Both the position numbers and the translations under genes were made by a program. From a virus, in the IMG/VR virus record IMGVR_UViG_3300009103_000017, positions 1 to 64,000 of that record: a stretch of 64,000 nucleotides of DNA; one strand, written 5' to 3'. Positions 60,040-64,000 of this stretch are shown in pieces (the first letter of the stretch is position 1; every line of letters begins with the position of its first letter). The notes below the pieces were generated by a model. It had not been told where the DNA came from. It saw only the letters and a program-made list of their open reading frames with translations, and did no database searches.

Positions 60040-60345
60040 ATGAAAATTAAAAATGATTACTTATTGAAACTTATAAAACAAGAGGTATCTGAAATTCTCA
60101 GCGAACAAGCTGCAGGGCCTGGCCAGCTAGGTCAAACAATTTCTGATGAAAGAAGGGAAATAGAAGAGGATGCGGTAACGCGCGCAAAAAATGCTTTAAC
60201 TGCAGGCGATATGATGGCCGCACTCGAAGCGGTTATAGAAGCTGTCAGAAAGTTGTCACCGGAATCCTCCGAAAGCGAAGACCCAAGTTACGGAAAACAA
60301 CTTCCCCCTCCAGGACACCCAGCTTACGAAAGTGATCCTCCGTAA
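60040..60345 (+). CDS. hypothetical protein with an MKIK...LIKQE leader
   Basis: AAGGAG RBS before ATG 60040. Confidence 0.65.
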   Translation: MKIKNDYLLKLIKQEVSEILSEQAAGPGQLGQTISDERREIEEDAVTRAKNALTAGDMMAALEAVIEAVRKLSPESSESEDPSYGKQLPPPGHPAYESDPP

Positions 60346-60527
60346 TGTGTATAATTTGTATTGATCTGGATAATAAAAAACTTACCCCATGGGAAGCAGC
60401 AAGAAATAGACTTGAAATGTTAGAGCAATTTGATGAGGAACACCTAGTTACTTTAAATGAGAAGATAGAGAGATCTTTATTAGAATATTTAAACAATTTG
60501 GATTCTGAAAATGAAAATAAATCTTAA
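60345..60527 (+). CDS. small hypothetical protein
   Basis: MCIIC...LTPWEA. Confidence 0.55.
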   Translation: MCIICIDLDNKKLTPWEAARNRLEMLEQFDEEHLVTLNEKIERSLLEYLNNLDSENENKS

Positions 60528-60825
60528 AATAAATCAGGGGCCCCATCCTGGTCAAACCTGCGAAGAAGCACACCCGGGTGAACCGTGTAGTGATTGTGCA
60601 CACATGAAAGAAAATTTAAATTTTGAAAATGCAGAAAATATTCAGGATCCCATTGGTGGAACAATAAGGCCAGATCAGCTGAGAGGTTTAATAGAGGACG
60701 ATTTAAAACAATGCCTTTATTTTGTACAAAATGAACAATGGTCTTTCCAGTCTTTATTGAGAAACGTTGCTTTAAGAGTTAAAGTTTATTCAGAGTTTCA
60801 TAATAGGAGTGATATGGAGGGCTGA
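60511..60825 (+). CDS. hypothetical protein
   Basis: HPGQTC/HPGEPC repeat. Confidence 0.55.
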   Translation: MKINLKINQGPHPGQTCEEAHPGEPCSDCAHMKENLNFENAENIQDPIGGTIRPDQLRGLIEDDLKQCLYFVQNEQWSFQSLLRNVALRVKVYSEFHNRSDMEG

Positions 60826-60827
60826 CT

Positions 60828-61079
60828 GTGATACAACGTTTTGCGGCAATTGTGATTATTATTATATTTTTTGCCATGCAAGCTTTCGGCCAGCCAAATA
60901 TATCAAAGAAAGTAAAATTTTATAATTTTGATGACCTATTAATAGACGGCAAAGTTAAAAAGCCGCAAATTCTCTGGACTGATGCTAGGCAAAAAGTTAA
61001 GTTTGAGCGTTTAATGAAGCTAAGAAAAGATTTTACACCCAAGTTGCGGGCAACAAAAAAAGATCCTACTTTAAGATAA
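60828..61079 (+). CDS. CglF/GltF-like small secreted protein (myxobacterial gliding-motility family)
   Basis: Signal peptide plus YNFDDLLIDGKVKKP...ARQKVKFERLMKLRKDF, similar to the CglF pattern as recalled (IDFxDxxIEGxxxKP...RKK...LIxxRxDF). Confidence 0.6.
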   Translation: MIQRFAAIVIIIIFFAMQAFGQPNISKKVKFYNFDDLLIDGKVKKPQILWTDARQKVKFERLMKLRKDFTPKLRATKKDPTLR

Positions 61080-61120
61080 AAAACTACTTATATATGATAT
61101 TGTATAATAGGGTCACTTAA

Positions 61121-64000
61121 TTGCAAACAGAAACCACAAATAAAGAAACAACACTTCAAGAAATCGGGCCCGCCGAGCGGCCCGCGCCCGGGACCATAAA
61201 GCCAGCTGCTGTTCGGACGTGGGCCCATATAAAAAAGTTTTTTAAGTTCATTGGCATGGCCACCAAAGAAACATTTGGCGCTGATGGCAGTTTAGCTAAG
61301 GTACAGGATAGATGGGGCAAGGGCCAGTTTAATGAAAGTGGAATCTATAATTATATTATAGAAAATTATGGTGCCAGTAGTGGATATAAATATTGTGATG
61401 ATAAGACGGAGGTGTGCAAACCAACTGAAGCCTTTGATAAAGCGGAATCTATTTTCTTAAAATTAACTGGTCCAGTTAATTTTAATTTTAAAAGGGCTAT
61501 AGTCCTTGATCCCAAAATGAAAAAACCGCTTAGAACTCAGTATTCAGCAAGACTTGAAATATTTCAAGATATTGCGAGAATAAGGGATACGCTGCATGCA
61601 AAAGTGCAGGCAGCAATCATGAAAGAAATAGCCCTTTTGCTCAAAAAAGCAATTGAGACGCCGAGAGCAAGAGAGGTACGAATAAGATTCCCCACTATAA
61701 ATTTAAAGAATACAGAAGACAGAAAGTCTAATAAATTTCGTCTTCCGGCGATAGAAACTGAAGATCAGGATTGCCCAGACTGTCACGAACAGCCTTCTCA
61801 AAAAAACAAACCCAAAGATTATAATCAAATGGGGGCCCTTGAGAGTATTTTTTTTGGACCTAATGTGACATCAAATATTAAATCCCGCATAATAAAAAAT
61901 ATTCAAAATGAAGTTTTCTTTTCTTTGGGAAACAAAATCAAATCCCTTAGAATTTTAGAAAAAGATGAAATCAAAGAAGGACTGATGTATGTTAAGTGGG
62001 ACAATAATAAAATTCTCTCTAAGGAAGAAAAGGGTGCTTTAAGGTGGTGGGCGATCGAAAGGAAAGTACACTCCTATATTGATAATAGCTTGAAGAAGGT
62101 TTACGAAATAATTTCTCAAGGAGCAAGAGAAGGGGGGGTCTCCAACAAGCACATTAGTGCATCTGGCATGTCAAAACAGCAAATAACCGCTCAAAGAATT
62201 TTTGAAAGAATGACTCTCGGAGGAAAACCATATGAACTGCAGAGTTTCAACAAAGAGGGAGATGTATTTCAGCTTGAATATTATTGGAATTTTATAAAAC
62301 TACAAACTAAACCTTCTCTTGCCGGCTGGGTTCCGAAAAGAGATCGTATAAAGAAGTTAGCAAGAGCTCAAGCTCGAATTATGAAAGCACTCAACATAGC
62401 GGAAGACGCCTCATCGAATATGATTGGAATCCTCAACAACCTTTATATGTTAGTGTTTCTTTTCACTGGGAGTGTCGTTTGGCTGCAGGGTCCTAGGGTC
62501 GGCGCGACTTATCATGTTGGAAGACATGCAATCCGCGGCGCTGGGCGCCCAGGCTTTCAAATGCTTGTAAAACCAACAAGCAGGTTTGATGTCGCGATGT
62601 CTCCAATGTCATGGCTTTTCGGCCCTCGCGCGACACTCATCAAATTAAATGATAGCTGGAAGGCCATTATGTTAGCTGATTTTGTATTCGGCGGCGCGGC
62701 TTATAGTTTTTGGACGGATTTTGATAAAGTTCTTCCTAACTTTGAATTTTTAGTCCGTAGTTTTGAGAAAAATGCAAGAAATTTTTATCAAAGTTGCAAT
62801 AAAGATAAATGCGATGAAAATCTTAAAAATTTATTAAGATCTGATCATAGAAAAATTTTACAAACACAAAAAAGATTGCTAGAGATTGTTATAGCAGAAA
62901 AATTATCTGATATTGATTTCAAGCCTTTGCCTTCTGGGACCGGATTGGGTAGTGTGGACTCAATCGATGAGCTTGTACGCCTCCGCGGCCCAGATGAAAT
63001 TATAGGAAAATTGAAAGAAACACTAACATTGTGGAGAAAGCTACGAAAAATGGGCGCTGATCAATTAAAGCTTCCTAAATCAAAATACCGCGGTGGCGTT
63101 CATGATAGTAAATTTGAAAAACCAATGAAAGAAAGCAATTGCCCCAAATATATTGGAAATCTCGATGACATACCTGCGGAAATTAAAGTCGATTTAAAAA
63201 AAACTGGCCATTGCCCACACGAATATCGTAAAACTCTGGCTAATGCAGGTGAAAATTACATTTCCTCTTTGTATGGAAAAGGCACTCTAGAAATATACCC
63301 TAATCAGCCCGGGCGCTGGGGTACTATAATGAACTCTTTTAGACTGACGTCAGCAGATGACCGCTCGGTGACTTCCTATAAATCTGGAGATTTGAGATTC
63401 ATGTTTATTAATTTTGATTTTATAGCTAAGTCATTCACCCAACATTATTTACTCGATGAACGATGGCATATTCTAGTATTAAATGAAAAAAACGGCAGAT
63501 TTTTGATGATAGCAGGTGAGGAGGGCGACGCCGTTGTTATTCCTAAGCGAACTCAAGAGATGTTAGAGGCGGCCATGAAATTGCCCGACGCGGCTTTCGA
63601 CAAAATAAAGAATACTCTAGATAGATCTGAACATGTAAACAGGTCCATTTTAGGGGCCATCGGTAGCCGGCTAAAGAAGTTTAGAGATGACATCGGTAAA
63701 TTATCGGCATTGTCACCGACTAGTCGCTCGATTATAGAAGCAGTGAATTGGTCTGATCAACAGTTTAAGTTGAATGCAAATGCCATTGTAGCTTTAAATT
63801 ATTTGAGAAGAAACAAGGGAAATGAGGAAAATTTTAGAAGCGTATCTTATTTACATGATTTTAGCTGGAAGATGGGTCGCGAATGGGGTATTTATCGCCC
63901 AGGTAGACCCGGAGGGCCCGGAGCCGGCGGCAGTACGCAAGGAACAGGGGGGCGCGCCTCCACTGGCAGCAATATAACCGGGATGGATCTGATCCAGAAG
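61121..64000 (+). CDS. large hypothetical protein, 3'-truncated by the window edge (~960 aa here)
   Basis: Frame reads open from TTG 61121 at both ends checked and to the window end; its absence from the track is consistent with having no stop; preceded by CTACTTA. Confidence 0.7.
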   Translation, partial: MQTETTNKETTLQEIGPAERPAPGTIKPAAVRTWAHIKKFFKFIGMATKETFGADGSLAKVQDRWGKGQFNESGIYNYIIENYGASSGYKYCDDKTEVCKPTEAFDKAESIFLKLTGPVNFNFKRAIVLDPKMKKPLRTQYSARLEIFQDIARIRDTLHAKVQAAIMKEIALLLKKAIETPRAREVRIRFPTINLKNTEDRKSNKFRLPAIETEDQDCPDCHEQPSQKNKPKDYNQMGALESIFFGPNVTSNIKSRIIKNIQNEVFFSLGNKIKSLRILEKDEIKEGLMYVKWDNNKILSKEEKGALRWWAIERKVHSYIDNSLKKVYEIISQGAREGGVSNKHISASGMSKQQITAQRIFERMTLGGKPYELQSFNKEGDVFQLEYYWNFIKLQTKPSLAGWVPKRDRIKKLARAQARIMKALNIAEDASSNMIGILNNLYMLVFLFTGSVVWLQGPRVGATYHVGRHAIRGAGRPGFQMLVKPTSRFDVAMSPMSWLFGPRATLIKLNDSWKAIMLADFVFGGAAYSFWTDFDKVLPNFEFLVRSFEKNARNFYQSCNKDKCDENLKNLLRSDHRKILQTQKRLLEIVIAEKLSDIDFKPLPSGTGLGSVDSIDELVRLRGPDEIIGKLKETLTLWRKLRKMGADQLKLPKSKYRGGVHDSKFEKPMKESNCPKYIGNLDDIPAEIKVDLKKTGHCPHEYRKTLANAGENYISSLYGKGTLEIYPNQPGRWGTIMNSFRLTSADDRSVTSYKSGDLRFMFINFDFIAKSFTQHYLLDERWHILVLNEKNGRFLMIAGEEGDAVVIPKRTQEMLEAAMKLPDAAFDKIKNTLDRSEHVNRSILGAIGSRLKKFRDDIGKLSALSPTSRSIIEAVNWSDQQFKLNANAIVALNYLRRNKGNEENFRSVSYLHDFSWKMGREWGIYRPGRPGGPGAGGSTQGTGGRASTGSNITGMDLIQK

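Overview
This window is a fragment of a large, lytic-type tailed dsDNA phage (myovirus-like), and essentially all genes are on the + strand. In order it holds: (i) baseplate/tail genes (0.6-4.3 kb); (ii) a replication and nucleotide-metabolism block (minimal family-A polymerase, tubulin-like protein, gp32-like SSB, UvsX/RecA, 5'-3' exonuclease, DnaB/gp41 helicase, class II RNR, DnaE, dUTPase, IMPDH/GMPR) with GroES, GroEL, ClpP, glutaredoxin and IscA; (iii) an accessory region (31-55 kb) of small ORFs behind sigma70-like promoters, with four tRNAs, a MoxR/vWA pair and an R-M pair; (iv) probable late/virion genes with shared N-terminal leaders (55.8-64 kb). The most striking feature is a cassette-like array of about 20 tiny, mutually divergent SH3/KOW-like ORFs (43.8-48.4 kb). 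They are joined head-to-tail by a conserved ~30-bp junction (GAGGTTATCAGTGAAAGTCGGTGACTTGGT) that encodes the C-terminus and stop of one gene and the RBS, start and N-terminus of the next. Other candidates are a ~480-nt promoter-driven structured ncRNA (51.8-52.3 kb), a phage-encoded CglF/GltF-like gliding protein and a MopE-repeat lipoprotein that point to a Myxococcota/Bdellovibrionota-type host, and a CCTACA-motif-rich noncoding region. All family assignments come from motif recognition by eye; no searches were run.
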